Source of the DNA: Nitrospirales bacterium | GTDB taxonomy: Bacteria > Nitrospirota > Nitrospiria > Nitrospirales > UBA8639 | Length of the DNA stretch: 64,000 nucleotides | Direction of reading: 5' to 3' | Assembly: GCA_963555755.3 (NCBI GenBank) | Contig: OY820905.2 | Location: 3,360,001 to 3,424,000 of the forward strand | Part shown: positions 34,775-45,300 of the stretch, piece by piece | How the letters are laid out: every line of letters begins with the position of its first letter | Position numbering within the stretch: position 1 is the first letter of the stretch | Translations under genes and position numbers: made by a program | The notes under the pieces: model-generated | What the model was told of the DNA's origin: nothing | Database searches by the model: none | The model's input: the letters and a program-made list of their open reading frames with translations, nothing else

Positions 34775-37192
34775 ATGATTCGTCCAAAAGTCTCAATAGA
34801 TAAATCTCTGCACTGCTGGAATCCCCGCCGATGGTTTTTTGAACTACGGCATGTGTGGCAAGATACACGCCTCATTGTGCTGACGGCTCAGATTGCCGCG
34901 ATCTATGCTGCGATCCTCATTCCCTTTAAAGTCGGCATTCCTCTGATCCCCGGGTTTGCGGAGTTGCGGCCCGCGAATGCCATCCCCATTGTCACCTCAC
35001 TTCTTTTTGGCCCGGCGGCAGCATGGGGTGCGGGCATTGGCAATGTCATCGGCGATTGTTTTGGAACGTTGGGCCCGGCGAGTCTGTTCGGGTTTTTGGG
35101 AAACTTTCTCTATGGGTATGTGCCTTACTTGTTGTGGGGAAACTTAGGTCCACTTTCATCCAATAAAGAACCTGTGATTCGTTCTTGGCGGCAAGGCCTG
35201 GAATTTGTCCTCGTGTGCATCGTGGCGTCCTGGGTCTGTGCCGTGACCATCGGGTGGGGTGTCGAATTGCTTGGCCTTCTTCCGTCCTCCATCCTGACGC
35301 CTGCGATCTTTTTTAATAATATGGTTATGGCCCTGGTGTTGGGCCCGCCCTTATTGCTGTTTCTCTACCCGCGCGTCAAACAGTGGGGCCTGTGTTATAG
35401 CGATCTCATAGAAACAGGCCTTGTGGCTCAAGATCGTCGCCTCCCCACCAGCTCCTTCGTTCAGGAGTCTTCGTTGGAAATAGACGAGTCCTCTTCGATT
35501 GTATCCATTCAAAACCTGACGTTTCGTCATGCGCATGCCGATACACCTGCGTTACTAAACCTTTCGTTGAATGTGAAACGGGGAGAGGTGGTGATGATCA
35601 TGGGTCCGAGTGGTTCAGGAAAATCATCGCTGTGTTATGTGTTGAATGGGCTCATCCCGCATTTTATTCAGGGCGACTATAGTGGAACGGTTCGTGTCGC
35701 GGGGAAAGAGACCGCAACCTTCCCTGTTTGGCAGCAGGCTGGACACGTGGGCATAGTTTTTCAAGACTTTGAAACGCAGCTGATTTCGACCAATGTCGAG
35801 ACGGAGTTACGATTTCCCCTTGAATGCTTTTCTCCAAGCGAGAGTCATGATGAAACTCAGCCCGTGGCTGCGCAAATTGGAACCACCCTCGAGCTGGTAG
35901 GATTAGCCGGATTCGAGCGGCGAGATCCTTTCTCTTTATCAGGCGGACAGCGGCAACGACTGGTGATTGGATCGGTCTTGGTGCGCAACCCTGAGCTGGT
36001 CGTGATGGACCAACCCTTGACCGATCTCGATCCCGCGGGGAGGCGCCATTTTCTTACTTTGTTGAATCGGCTTAAAGCGCAGGGCATCACGGTGATTCTT
36101 ACAGAACATGAATACGATGAGACCTTGCACGTTGATCGCATTGGCCTGATGCAGGAAGGACACATGGCTTGGATCGGGCCTCCGGCTGAACTCTTTCGTC
36201 AACCTGCCTTGGTTGCCCAGTACGGAATTCGACCTCAACCTTTAGCCGAGTGCTTTGCAGGGTATGACTTGTCAACATTGCCGGTCACGGTCGAAGAGGC
36301 ATGGCAGGTTGCCGATGACCTTGGTTTGTCTTGTTGCCTTCCCGAGGAACGCCAAGAAAGTTCAACGGGTGATCATTCGACTCAAGACCCTCCGATCCTG
36401 GCACTCGACCATGTGACGTATGGATATGATGAGCGCCAACCGGCCCTTCGCGATGTGTCGGTAACTATTCACAAGGGAGAGTTCGTAGCCATTCTCGGGG
36501 AAAATGGATCCGGGAAGAGTACCTTGGCCAAACTGTTCAATGGATTGCTCGTGCCAAACGAAGGTACGGTTACGGTCATGGGGTTGGATACGAAAGTGGC
36601 GGGGGTCGGACAATTGGCTTCTGTTGCAGGTTATGTGTTTCAAAATCCTGATCATCAAATCTTTGCCGAAACCGTATGGAATGAGGTGGCGTTTGGCGCG
36701 AAAAATGTCGGGTGTTCTAAAGAGGAATGTGAGCGGCGAGTGGCGGAGGCGCTTCATGCGGTACGGTTGACCGATTCGGAGCAACACGATCCGTTTTCGT
36801 TAACCAAAGGAGAACGTCAGCGAGTAGCCGTGGCTTCCATGTTAGCGGCTCAACCCAAGATCTTGATCTTTGACGAACCCACCACTGGCCTTGATGCCGA
36901 GGAAACGGTTCGAATGATGCGCATGATCCAACAGCTCAATCAGCAAGGCCACACGATTGTGATGATCACGCATACCATGTGGCTCGTTGCGGAATATGCC
37001 ACGCGATGTGTGTTACTGCGAAAGGGACAACTCATCGCCGATGGGCCAACCCGTGAAATTTTTTCCGATCCTTCATTACTCCAATCAGCCGCGTTGGCAT
37101 TGCCTTCGATCACCAGATTCAGTCAACGTTGGGGGATGACCTTCCTAACCGTGGATGAGGTTCGTGCTGGGTTAAAACGCGGGGGCTGTTGA
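34775..37192 (+). CDS. ECF transporter: QueT-like S component fused to tandem ATPase domains
   Basis: Hydrophobic N-terminus (ELRPANAIP..FGPAAAWGAGIGNVIGD), then GPSGSGKS/LSGGQRQ and GENGSGKST/FQNPDHQ/LTKGERQ/FDEPT. Confidence 0.88.
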   Translation: MIRPKVSIDKSLHCWNPRRWFFELRHVWQDTRLIVLTAQIAAIYAAILIPFKVGIPLIPGFAELRPANAIPIVTSLLFGPAAAWGAGIGNVIGDCFGTLGPASLFGFLGNFLYGYVPYLLWGNLGPLSSNKEPVIRSWRQGLEFVLVCIVASWVCAVTIGWGVELLGLLPSSILTPAIFFNNMVMALVLGPPLLLFLYPRVKQWGLCYSDLIETGLVAQDRRLPTSSFVQESSLEIDESSSIVSIQNLTFRHAHADTPALLNLSLNVKRGEVVMIMGPSGSGKSSLCYVLNGLIPHFIQGDYSGTVRVAGKETATFPVWQQAGHVGIVFQDFETQLISTNVETELRFPLECFSPSESHDETQPVAAQIGTTLELVGLAGFERRDPFSLSGGQRQRLVIGSVLVRNPELVVMDQPLTDLDPAGRRHFLTLLNRLKAQGITVILTEHEYDETLHVDRIGLMQEGHMAWIGPPAELFRQPALVAQYGIRPQPLAECFAGYDLSTLPVTVEEAWQVADDLGLSCCLPEERQESSTGDHSTQDPPILALDHVTYGYDERQPALRDVSVTIHKGEFVAILGENGSGKSTLAKLFNGLLVPNEGTVTVMGLDTKVAGVGQLASVAGYVFQNPDHQIFAETVWNEVAFGAKNVGCSKEECERRVAEALHAVRLTDSEQHDPFSLTKGERQRVAVASMLAAQPKILIFDEPTTGLDAEETVRMMRMIQQLNQQGHTIVMITHTMWLVAEYATRCVLLRKGQLIADGPTREIFSDPSLLQSAALALPSITRFSQRWGMTFLTVDEVRAGLKRGGC

Positions 37193-37328
37193 AAAAGCAT
37201 GCCCTGAGTATGGCCGAAGGGTCCGCCAGCAGCGTTCTCGGCCCGTTGTCGTGCTCACGTACTCCATGTACGCTCCGCGCGCCAACGGGCCTGCGGCCTT
37301 GCTGGACGGGCCTTTTTGAACAGCCCCC
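37181..37328 (-). repeat. Family-A palindromic repeat, copy 6 (supplies ECF gene stop codon)
   Basis: GGGGGCTGTTGAAAAA...TTTTTGAACAGCCCCC. Confidence 0.92.
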
Positions 37329-37403
37329 TTCGACCCGACATTTGAGGGAATTGGGCTGTGTTCGGCAATTTGAACATCTTTTGAATTATTCAACGGATCA
37401 AGT

Positions 37404-38180
37404 ATGAATCTTTCTCTTTATCTCGACAAAGGAACGTGGATCCATCGGTTGGATGCACGCACTAAGATTTTGTGGCTCCTTGGACTGTTCGTCTTGTCCC
37501 TGATGTTTTCGGATCCAAGTTTTTTGTTGGGGATGATGGGCCTGGTGCTGGGAACAATAATCATGGCGAAAAGTCTGGCGAACGTGAAAAGGATTTTGGT
37601 CTTGCTGGTGCTTCTGTTTGTCTACAGCCTGATTTTATGGCCATTTTTTGTGGAAGGCAAAACGCCTCTCTTTGAAATCGGGTCACAAATAATCACGGTT
37701 GAAGGAGTGTTGTATGGATTGGGGATGGGCCTGCGGTTGAATGTGATGCTCTTGAGCGGCATCTTCATGTTATCCACGACGGCCATTGAAGAGTTTACGC
37801 AGGGCTTGCATCGACTGGGGGTGCCGCATGCGTTGGCATTTGCGCTATCGTTAGCGTTTCGGTGGGTGCCGACCTTGTTGGGGTCGGTGAGTGCTGTAGT
37901 GCAGGCGCAGCGGGCCCGTGGACTCGATCTGCCATCGGGTACCATCTTCAGCAAGCTGCGTCAGTATCCTCCTTTGGTGGTGCCGTTAATCGGCCATACC
38001 TTGCGGCAAACCAATTTGCTGGCCATGGCCTTGGAATCGAAAGGGTTTGGGCCTGGGCACCCGCGCCGTTCCCTTTTGGAGTCACGAATGACTGGCGTCG
38101 ATTACCTCGTGTTGGGGATCATGATAGGACTAGTGAGTGGAAGCATATGGCTAAGGCTGAACGGCTATGGTACAACTTGA
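37404..38180 (+). CDS. ecfT: ECF transporter T component
   Basis: HRLDARTK, AFRWVP, AQRARG, AMALESKGF. Confidence 0.92.
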   Translation: MNLSLYLDKGTWIHRLDARTKILWLLGLFVLSLMFSDPSFLLGMMGLVLGTIIMAKSLANVKRILVLLVLLFVYSLILWPFFVEGKTPLFEIGSQIITVEGVLYGLGMGLRLNVMLLSGIFMLSTTAIEEFTQGLHRLGVPHALAFALSLAFRWVPTLLGSVSAVVQAQRARGLDLPSGTIFSKLRQYPPLVVPLIGHTLRQTNLLAMALESKGFGPGHPRRSLLESRMTGVDYLVLGIMIGLVSGSIWLRLNGYGTT

Positions 38181-38261
38181 AAAATTCAAACATTATTTTT
38201 ACCATTTATACGTGTAGCGCATTTCCTTGATTGGTAACTTAGACTGGGGGGCGGTGACATC

Positions 38262-39200
38262 ATGAGGCAGCTAACCTTCAAAATGAGTGCTCACATTGTG
38301 GGTGTCGTATGTTGTGCCATGCTACTTTTCACGGTAAATGCTTTGGGGCAGGGAAAGCCAGCCCAAAAGACCAAAACCATTGTGGGTGACCTTCTGATGA
38401 TCGATCGCGATCTCTATATCGTACGTGGCGAACTGGGTGAGATTCAAATCGAAGCCACGTACAAGACTGAAATTACGGAAGAGTTTGAATTTGGCGATCG
38501 GATCAAGGCCTTGGTGCTCATGAATAATAAGGCCTTGAAGATCGAACGCGCAGGGCCAAATGATGTGCCTGGGGTGGTGGAAAATTTGCCGATGATAGCC
38601 AAAGTTCCCCATACTAAAAAGGCAGAAAAGGAAAAAGGCAAAGCCCCTGCTCTGTCCCTGAAACCGAAGCAGCCTGATCAAAAAATAATTATCGGTGATC
38701 TTCTGATGATCGACCGCGATCTCTACATCGTGCGTGGCCCAATGGGCGAGATTCAAATCGAAGCCACGTACAAGACGGACGTGACGGAGGAATTTGAATT
38801 TGGCGATCGGATCAAGGCTGTGGTGCTTATGAACAATAGGGCGCTAAAAATTGAGCGCGCGGGTCCGAACGATGTGCCAGGAGTGACAATCCTACAAGGG
38901 GCTTCCGGGACTGGCCCAGAGAAAGCCAAGGCTGAGTCAGCGAAAGAGTCTGAGACCAACGGTCAAGCCAAAAAGCCGGTCAAAGCTGCATCGGGTGGGC
39001 CCCCGTCCGATACCCGTGTGGTGGAGGGACAAATCCTGATGATCGACGGCGACTTCTACGTCTTGCGTGGGGACCGAGGTGAAATCCGAGTAGAACGCAC
39101 AGACAAAACCAAGGTGTCCGAAGAGTTCAAATTCGGGGACTTTATCAAAGCCACCGTCCAAAAAAATGATCAGGCCTTAACAATCGAACGCCTGAAATAA
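38262..39200 (+). CDS. Exported protein with three internal ~55-aa repeats
   Basis: Signal peptide-like N-terminus; G(D/Q)(L/I)LMIDxD(L/F)Y..RG..GEI...EEF.FGD.IKA repeated three times. Confidence 0.85.
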   Translation: MRQLTFKMSAHIVGVVCCAMLLFTVNALGQGKPAQKTKTIVGDLLMIDRDLYIVRGELGEIQIEATYKTEITEEFEFGDRIKALVLMNNKALKIERAGPNDVPGVVENLPMIAKVPHTKKAEKEKGKAPALSLKPKQPDQKIIIGDLLMIDRDLYIVRGPMGEIQIEATYKTDVTEEFEFGDRIKAVVLMNNRALKIERAGPNDVPGVTILQGASGTGPEKAKAESAKESETNGQAKKPVKAASGGPPSDTRVVEGQILMIDGDFYVLRGDRGEIRVERTDKTKVSEEFKFGDFIKATVQKNDQALTIERLK

Positions 39201-39382
39201 ACCCGGAATTCCGCCGTTGCGTGTGATCCACTGTGCGAGGAGCCGCCTGTCCCGAGCCTTGTCGAAGGACTCACACCGTGCTCGCCAGATGGAAGAATTC
39301 TGGGCTGCGGCTCCGCCGCGTCCAATGCGAGAACCCACGACCGAGACAGAGAATAAAAGCGCCACGCGACCTCACGACGGTA

Positions 39383-39508
39383 TTGTCATTTTGACCCATG
39401 GGAGAAATCCGTAGCTCGGTAACGAGGGAGATTTCTCCCATGGGTCAAAATGACAAAAGGAACGCAATGACAAAAGGAACGCAATGACAAAAGGAACGCA
39501 ATGACAAA
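39383..39508. repeat. 27-bp perfect inverted repeat followed by 17-bp tandem repeat x3
   Basis: TTGTCATTTTGACCCATGGGAGAAATC (39383-39409) / GATTTCTCCCATGGGTCAAAATGACAA (39430-39456); AATGACAAAAGGAACGC x3. Confidence 0.85.
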
Positions 39509-39601
39509 GAAAGAGTTGGGTCGAAATGACAAGGAAAGAAGGGGACACGATTTACCAAGCCGTCCCAAGAGTATTGAGCAGTGTTTGAAAAAACTCATTG
39601 A

Positions 39602-41542
39602 TTAGAGGTTTTCAATATGAACGGGTTCTTCTCCCTCCGCTGGTGTAAACCCAAACACTTTTGAATAGAAGTACAACTCGTTGTCCAGTACCCGTTTGAT
39701 GTTTTCTGGTCGGCGAAAACCATGCTGCTCCCCTTCAAATGCGACATACGCGACGGGCAAGCCTTTCGCTTTGACGGCGTCGAACATCTTTTCAGCTTGA
39801 TTTGGTGGAACGACTTTGTCCTCTAACCCTTGGAATAAAATTAACGGGCAAGAGAGACGGTCGGTGAAATAAATCGGCGAGCGTTGATCGTAGAGATCTT
39901 TTCGTTCCGGGTACGGACCGATCAGCCGGTCCAAATATCGCGACTCAAACTTATGGGTATCGCAAACCAAGGCTTCAAGATCGGACACGCCATAGTAACT
40001 CGATCCCGCGGTAAAACAATCCCGAAAGGTTAAGGCACAGAGGGTTGTATAGCCGCCCGCGCTGCCGCCCGTAATCGTCACCCGTGAAGCATCGGCCTTT
40101 CCCTGGTCAATCACGTATTGCACGGCACTGACACAATCATCCACATCGACAATGCCCCACTGGCTATTGAGCCGTTCTCGATAGGCTCGGCCATATCCTG
40201 TGCTGCCGCCATAGTTTACGTCGAGCACGGCAAAGCCTCGGCTCGTCCAATACTGAATCATCAAGTTAAATGTTGTCGATGCTGCGGCGGTTGGTCCGCC
40301 GTGGCTTTTGACCATAAGAGGGGGCTGTTCACCTTCCGGCGCTTGAAAGTCTGTGTTTTGAGGTGGGTAGTAAAACGCATGAGCAGTGTGGCCATCCTTA
40401 GCGGGATACTCAATGGCGGTCGGGGCTGATACGTATTTTCCCTCGATCGTGAAATCAATGGCTTGACGAAGAATGTTGACGTGATGAGTCGCAAGGTCCA
40501 ATTGAATAATCGAATGTGGGTGAGACGGGGAACTTGCTGTACACAATACGTTGCCCCCTCGAACGAGAACATTTCCAAAGTCCGTGTAAGGAAGATCGAA
40601 CGTGTCCAGGTGGCCGTTCGTCATGTTCAGTCTGGCTAAGTGCCATAGGCCCTTTCGGGTGTAGGCACAAATGAGGTTAGAGGAAGATTCAAAATCATAG
40701 AGCCTCTGTCCAAAGGCCCATTGGGGCAGGCCACATTCAGCATCCATAGAGCATAAGGGGTGAACCTGCCCTTCTTGCCATTGATAAAGGTTCCACCAAC
40801 CCGTCCGGTCCGAAACAAAATGCAAAATTCCTTCCGGAGACCATTCAGGCTGGAAGATAGATTCGTCTGGTCCTCCCGCAACACAGTGAGCATGGACAAG
40901 CGTACCGTCTTGTTGGATGTCAGCAATCCACAGTTCCGTGCCATCCCAAGGCATATTAGGGTGGTTCCAGGTAAGCCAGGCCAGTTGGTTCCCATTGGGG
41001 TTGAGGCGAGGCGAAGCGTAAAAATCGTTGCCCGAGACAAGGATTGATCCTGGATACGGTTCACCAGCAGGATCGAGTGGAATGCTGACAATCGTGTTGA
41101 TAGGTTCGTGATGAGCATCGGTTTGGTCTTCCCGAATATAAATTAGACGGTTGCGTGTATGGTCGTAAATTCCGTCAGCGTAGAACAGGGAAGCTTTGGG
41201 AGTACGAGGTTCGGGAACCTGCCCCGGAATTTGTCGGTAAAGCCGTTGGTCAGCGAAATTGGAGAAATAGAGAACGTCGTTGGCCACGAGGTAAGGCGCT
41301 CCCCCGTACTCATGGACTCGCGTCCGGGCATTAAACGGCTGAGGCGTGAGGATCTCTCGCGACCCATCATCATGAAGGCGAATAATCGCACTCCGTCCAC
41401 CTTCGGTTGGCCGACTCTCAATCCAGTAAACCTGATCACCGCAAAGAGAAATTTGTCCGAGCTTGATCGATTTTGAGACAATTCGGTCCGACGTGAGGGG
41501 GGATTTCCAAGAACCGTATGGGGCAACGGTCGGTTCAGTCAT
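39602..41542 (-). CDS. S9 family peptidase (acylaminoacyl/dipeptidyl aminopeptidase)
   Basis: APYGSWKSP, HGGPT, GGSAGGY, DKVVPP, EQHGFR. Confidence 0.95.
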   Translation of the reverse strand: MTEPTVAPYGSWKSPLTSDRIVSKSIKLGQISLCGDQVYWIESRPTEGGRSAIIRLHDDGSREILTPQPFNARTRVHEYGGAPYLVANDVLYFSNFADQRLYRQIPGQVPEPRTPKASLFYADGIYDHTRNRLIYIREDQTDAHHEPINTIVSIPLDPAGEPYPGSILVSGNDFYASPRLNPNGNQLAWLTWNHPNMPWDGTELWIADIQQDGTLVHAHCVAGGPDESIFQPEWSPEGILHFVSDRTGWWNLYQWQEGQVHPLCSMDAECGLPQWAFGQRLYDFESSSNLICAYTRKGLWHLARLNMTNGHLDTFDLPYTDFGNVLVRGGNVLCTASSPSHPHSIIQLDLATHHVNILRQAIDFTIEGKYVSAPTAIEYPAKDGHTAHAFYYPPQNTDFQAPEGEQPPLMVKSHGGPTAAASTTFNLMIQYWTSRGFAVLDVNYGGSTGYGRAYRERLNSQWGIVDVDDCVSAVQYVIDQGKADASRVTITGGSAGGYTTLCALTFRDCFTAGSSYYGVSDLEALVCDTHKFESRYLDRLIGPYPERKDLYDQRSPIYFTDRLSCPLILFQGLEDKVVPPNQAEKMFDAVKAKGLPVAYVAFEGEQHGFRRPENIKRVLDNELYFYSKVFGFTPAEGEEPVHIENL

Positions 41543-41641
41543 ACCAACGATGTACCTCGATCCAGAAAAGGGGTTATGCAGCCAAGGACTAAAAAGTGCA
41601 TCTTACTCCGAGGAAATTTTGGAAAGAAAATTTGGAAGGAA

Positions 41642-41848
41642 TTAGGCTTGCACCGAAGAGTGACACCGCACATATTCTTCGGAAGCAATGGTGACGAAGT
41701 CGACGAGGTTTTTGATGCATCGGCCACAGCAGTTATCTTTGTCATCAATTTCGAGGGTTGAGGCGAGCTCTTTGGGACAGGTCACTCCGGCTCGACCGAG
41801 TGCCCTGACATCCGCTTCCTTGATCCCTTTGCAAACACAAATGTACAT
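41642..41848 (-). CDS. bfd: Bfd-like (2Fe-2S)-binding protein
   Basis: MYICVCKGIKE...CCGRC; start moved to ATG 41848. Confidence 0.85.
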   Translation of the reverse strand: MYICVCKGIKEADVRALGRAGVTCPKELASTLEIDDKDNCCGRCIKNLVDFVTIASEEYVRCHSSVQA

Positions 41849-41869
41849 AATGTTTATCCGAATACGATT

Positions 41870-41886
41870 TTGATTACCGTTCTCAA
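41870..41886. promoter_or_regulatory. Possible Fur-type operator upstream of bfd
   Basis: Imperfect palindrome TTGATTACCGTTCTCAA about 20 bp upstream of the bfd start; bfd genes are commonly iron-regulated. Confidence 0.45.
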
Positions 41887-42004
41887 CTAAATAGATTCTA
41901 AGCCCCAATTGTTGTGGTTGTCAATACGAAATATGAGAAAATTTTTCATGGTAAAGGAACTGGATCCATGTTCCATGAAATCATTGTAACCTGTTGAAAT
42001 AACA

Positions 42005-42301
42005 ATGATTGAATCGACTTCAGATGGGGTCATCCTCACGGTGCACGTACAGCCCAAGGCTTCGAAAACAGAATTTGTCGGCATGCATGGTGATGCTTTA
42101 AAGTTTCGCGTGGCTGCCCCACCTGTTGAGGGAAAAGCCAATGCTGCGTTGTGTCGCCATGTGGCGAAATTGTTTTCTATCCCTCAACGTGGAGTGTCGG
42201 TTTCTTCGGGCCAGGCCAGTCGAAAGAAACGAATTGAGGTTATCGGTGTCACTGAGGACGAAGTCCGGAACATATTAGGTCTGTCGAAATTTTCATGCTA
42301 A
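42005..42301 (+). CDS. yggU: DUF167 (YggU) family protein
   Basis: VHVQPKAS, AAPPVEGKAN, SGQASRKK. Confidence 0.9.
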   Translation: MIESTSDGVILTVHVQPKASKTEFVGMHGDALKFRVAAPPVEGKANAALCRHVAKLFSIPQRGVSVSSGQASRKKRIEVIGVTEDEVRNILGLSKFSC

Positions 42302-42310
42302 AAACGTGCT

Positions 42311-45300
42311 ATGGATAATTCATCCCTTAAAAAAGAACTTCTTGCCGTTTTTGGAAATCGGTTGAGCCAGGAAGCTGCCGGTGAAGTTACTCCGCTTTTG
42401 GAGGAGGCTGGTGTTTCTGCACAGGTATTGGAACTTCTTTCGGAATTACAGGATAGTTCAGCCAAACTTGCGGGGGAGGCGATCGAAGCCTTGCCGGAAG
42501 TCCTTCGCCGATGTGATCCGCACACGGTTGTCTGGTGGTTGGATTTGGCTATTGCGTTAGCGGCTTTGTCGGGCGCGGTCACGCTCAAGTATCTACGGGA
42601 AAGCCCACGGATTTTGGGAGTGCTGGACACTCCGGCTCTTCGCCAACACGTTCTCGTCGTTTCGCTGGAAGTGGCGGATCGCGATTCCGAGTATGCCGCG
42701 AATTGTGCGTTTGAGTTTTTCCGAAAGACCCCTGAATTACTGTTTGCCGATCCAGCAATCGATCTGGCCGGTTGGGCCGAAGTGGGACAAGAACTTACGG
42801 AGTGGAACCAAGTACTAGGGATTGAATTCTTTCGAGAATGTGCCAATGTGGCCGACGTGCTGCCTTTAGATGACGTTCGGCCCTGGGTCGCGTTCGGGAT
42901 GAAACTCATCACACAAAATAGCCTTGGGAAACTTGACTATATCGGGATTTTGGAATTCTTTAGAACGAGTCCTTCGCTCTTAAAAGAAATTGAAGCGATG
43001 GATGTGCGGCCACGGGTTGTTGCACTTGGATCGACCCTTGCCGATCGTTCCCCTGAAACCGCTCTGACGTTTCTGGGTGAAATTCCCCTATTGACAAAAG
43101 CTCTTCCAACCAAAGAATGGCAGACTACGGTGTTGCAATATGGAGGGCTTCTGGCGGAACGTGATGCTGAAGTCACGCTGGCCTATTTGCGACGATGTCC
43201 GGAGGTGGTGAGTGTGACGGTCGGATCAGATGATACCCACGATGCCTTTGAGACATGGTTCCGTGGTGGCATGGATGTGCTGGACTATAGCATCGATGGG
43301 GCTCGCGCTTATTTTGCGCTTGAAACGTCCAAGGCGTTGAGTTCGATTGAACAGGCCATGAATGGGGTGCCGCTTCGACAAGTGGCACGTTCGTTAAAAC
43401 TGTTTGCTCAGATGATTTGCGGAGAATCCATTTCTATAGAATCGTTGTCCGAAAATAGTGGTCTTGCTCGAACCGAGAAGACCCCTGAAGGTATGCGAAT
43501 CCGGTTGCCCATGGTGATGAATCAATACCCCACGCGTGAGGTGAATCTTCGATGTTATACCGTGATGGTCGCGCACGAAGTAGGGCACTTGGAGTTTGGA
43601 ACGTATCGGATTGATCTAGAGGCTGTTCGGGCTTTGGCGCAAGAGGTGGTGTCTCGATATCGACGCGGTGATGGGGATGCGGGGACAACCCCCTCACCCT
43701 CCCCTCTCCCCCTTCCAGGGGGCGAGGGTTTAAGAAATCAAACCCCCACGATTGCGCCGGAAATTAAGTGTTTGGGGGATCTCTTTTCTCTCTACCCTCA
43801 AAAGGGTGTGATTCAAGATCTGTGGACGATCCTCGAAGATGCGCGGGTCGAGTTTCTTCTGCAACAAGAATATCCAGGGCTTTGTCATGATCTCGCGGCA
43901 TTAGCCAAAGCGTCAGTGAGTATGCGTTCGTTATTACATGGGATGACGGCACGCGAAATGGTGTTGGATGCGTTGCTTCTGCATTTCACTCAAGGGGCTG
44001 ATGCCGTTCATTTCCAGGATGATCTCATGCCAGTGATTGAGCGTGGTTGGGCATTGGCACAATCTATTTTACAACCCTCAGCCTCGGCTCATGATGTGAT
44101 AGAGACGGCGGATCAAATTTATCAGGCCATGGAAGACATGATTGGGACATATGAGGTGTCCACGACTGAGCTAACTCAGGAATCTCAGGACGAAGACTCC
44201 GATATCGGTGCTGGCCCGCGAGCGGCGGAAGAAACTGCCGGGGCCTATCGGTCTATCACGAACTTTGCATACAGAGGCGAAATGAGTCCGGAACTCGTCC
44301 AAGGCGAAACGGATTCAGAAGAAGGCGTCGCACCATCTGGTGGTAAGAGCCCGGACATGCAGGAGTTTGGCGGAGCGGGTGAGTCGTCATCTCGAAGATC
44401 CGAGGAATCGGGCAAGAAAGAGTTAATTGAAGATCAGCCGCATGATCGGGGTGATTCGCAACCTGGTGAAGATCGCATCTTGGAGAAACATTGGGAGGTC
44501 AAAGGGTCAGGGCAAGGCGAGTTACAGGTTCAAAAGGGTGAAGATCGAACCTATCTCTATCCTGAATGGGATGGAATGATACAAGACTATCGACTCAAAT
44601 GGTGTCGAGTCATTGAACGGCCAGGTCCGGAAGGGAGCCCGGACTTTGCCCAGGCGACTCTCGAAAAACATGCTTCCTCGATCCGGTTATTGAGACGGTA
44701 CTTTGAAACCATTCGCCCAACGGCCTTACGTCGGGTGCGTGGATATGAACATGGCGAGGAACTCGATCTCGATGCCGTCATTAGTCGAGCCGTGGATCGG
44801 CGCGCGGGAGCCGAGCCGTCCGACCGGATCTATTCACGCAGAGACAAACGGGAACGGCAGGTGGCCGTAGCGTTTTTAGTGGACATGAGTGGATCGACCG
44901 GTCGGCAGATTGAAACCGGAGCGCGTCGTGTGATTGATATTGAAAAAGAAGGGTTGGTGTTGTTGATTGAGGCATTAGAGGCCATAGGCGATCAATACGC
45001 TTTGTACGCTTTTTCCGGACAAGGGCGGGATCATGTGGATTTTCTCGTGCTCAAAGATTTCGAAGACACTCTACGCTATCAAGTGGCGCAGCGCATTGAA
45101 GCCATGACTCCGTTGCAACAAAATCGCGATGGAGCCGCCATTCGTCACGCCGCTCAGAAGTTGCTTCAATGCCCTGCCCGGCATCGTTTGTTGATCTTGT
45201 TGAGTGACGGAAAGCCGCTGGATGGCGGGTATGCAGAAGAATATGCTCTGGAGGATACCAAGATGGCCTTACGTGAAGCGCGTCAGCGCGGCATTAGTCC

